DNA of 64,000 bases, from positions 7,253-71,252 of the forward strand of contig CAMVAT010000017.1 of assembly GCA_947165505.1 (NCBI GenBank), read 5' to 3'. Below, piece by piece: positions 63,314-64,000 of this stretch; within the stretch, counting starts at the first letter, position 1; the number at the start of each line of letters is the position of its first letter. The notes under the pieces are model-generated. The model made no database searches, was not told the DNA's origin, and saw only the letters and a list, made by a program, of their open reading frames with translations. The position numbers were made by a program, and so were the translations under genes. The DNA is from an uncultured Prevotellaceae bacterium. GTDB taxonomy: Bacteria > Bacteroidota > Bacteroidia > Bacteroidales > Bacteroidaceae.

Positions 63314-63994
63314 CTATAGCCCAATTTGTTCTTGAAAGGCAGTCATCAGTTTCTCGTATTCTCTTTTATAGCGTTCCAACCTTTCCATATCCCTTTCCGT
63401 TGGCTCTGCAATGCGACTGATATCCATATTACTACGGAGGTCATTTAATTTTACCTTGAGTGCGAGTATGTTGGTACATATGCGAGAAAGGTATTCTTCC
63501 CTGTTTGGTGCTGTGTGGTGATCGAGCAATTGAAGGGCGGTGGCAATCTCATTCCACTCTTCTTCTGGAGGCATATGACACTGTTCGGCAGGATATTGAA
63601 AAAATTCTTCTTCAAAATCATCAATCCATGATCTGTCGTCTGGGTTGTTCATCCATGTCTCCAATTTCTTTTTTACTAATTGTAAAATCGTAGATATATC
63701 GTTAGGCGTGTCTTCTGCGGCATCATGCAGTAACCCTACCACCTGTTCTTTCCAATTATGTCCGCTCTTTCCTACAGGAAGTAAGTGAGAACTAAAGTAG
63801 TCGTTACCACCTTTATCTTTTTGCCCTTGATGCAAATCCCTGGCTACATGGGCCGCTGCAAATACAATATGAATTTTATATCCCAAATGTTCATCTAAAG
63901 ATTCTTCGTACTCCTTAGCCTTTTGAGGATTAAAAGTTGCTACATGAGCAAGGTATTCACGATAAAGAGCTTCTGTGTCACCCCCTGGGTCCAT
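63314..63994 (-). CDS. HD-domain protein of the RelA/SpoT-hydrolase type (small alarmone hydrolase-like)
   Basis: AAAHVARDLHQGQKDKGGNDYFSSHLLPV (the H..GQ.. and ..H motif), VVGLLHDAAEDT (the HD motif) and KVKLNDLRSNM (equivalent to KLADRLHN). The start is near the window edge and may lie further upstream. Confidence 0.65.
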   Translation of the reverse strand: MDPGGDTEALYREYLAHVATFNPQKAKEYEESLDEHLGYKIHIVFAAAHVARDLHQGQKDKGGNDYFSSHLLPVGKSGHNWKEQVVGLLHDAAEDTPNDISTILQLVKKKLETWMNNPDDRSWIDDFEEEFFQYPAEQCHMPPEEEWNEIATALQLLDHHTAPNREEYLSRICTNILALKVKLNDLRSNMDISRIAEPTERDMERLERYKREYEKLMTAFQEQIGL

Positions 63995-64000
63995 GAAATC

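Larger units (their letters stand above)
60308..64000. mobile_element. possible tRNA-adjacent genomic island (only its left part is in the window)
   Basis: G+C drops by eye immediately 3' of the tRNA. The gene content is accessory (XRE, Vsr, Fic, HD hydrolase). No integrase and no second att copy are visible inside the window. Confidence 0.35.

Overview
A 64-kb chromosomal window from a high-G+C, Prevotella-like Bacteroidales genome. The taxonomic call rests on TAnnTTTG -7 promoter boxes, SusC/SusD PULs and T9SS C-terminal sorting domains. Gene order, left to right: pckA (partial, not in the ORF track), upp, a GH2, a secreted 176-aa protein, a C10 (streptopain/interpain-like) T9SS protease, an M28 glutaminyl cyclase, a C26-GATase/M19-dipeptidase fusion and an AsnC/Lrp regulator. 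Next come three tandem FKBP PPIases, a Sir2 deacylase, a Na/Pi cotransporter, a TGS-nucleoside kinase, and korA-[DUF559 cassette]-korB. Then a xylan PUL core (SusC/SusD/SGBP/GH10 with CBM4_9 insert), a SAM methyltransferase, TPM and LemA genes, and an AT-rich LRR / small ORF / BACON T9SS surface-protein cluster. Then a fructan PUL: a PBP-sensor HTCS-like regulator, SusC, SusD, a lipoprotein, GH32, an MFS transporter and fructokinase. Finally a LytTR locus, ybeY, coaD, ruvB, and a tRNA(CAU) followed by an AT-richer island (XRE, Vsr, Fic, HD/SAH hydrolase). The most unusual signal is non-genic. Nearly every same-strand intercistronic spacer is filled by modular composite repeat elements, and several modules keep a fixed order and polarity relative to transcription. 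The modules are GAGGTNA heptads, a GGGGCAGGGGGCAAGGGG G-tract, a 28-bp palindrome, GGATTNNNAATCC palindromes and C(A/C)CT(A/C)AA heptad arrays. Pieces of them are translated in frame inside genes: the HTCS linker, Vsr, the korA C-terminus, the korB N-terminus, the ybeY C-terminus and the methyltransferase N-terminus. Other candidates are a DUF559 gene flanked by about 37-bp inverted repeats splitting the korAB operon, an HTCS lacking its ATPase domain, a possible invertible promoter or tiny sRNA upstream of the LRR gene, a candidate sRNA or attenuator in the fructan PUL, and a tRNA-adjacent Vsr/Fic/SAH island. All calls come from reading the sequence and recognising motifs; no database search was run.
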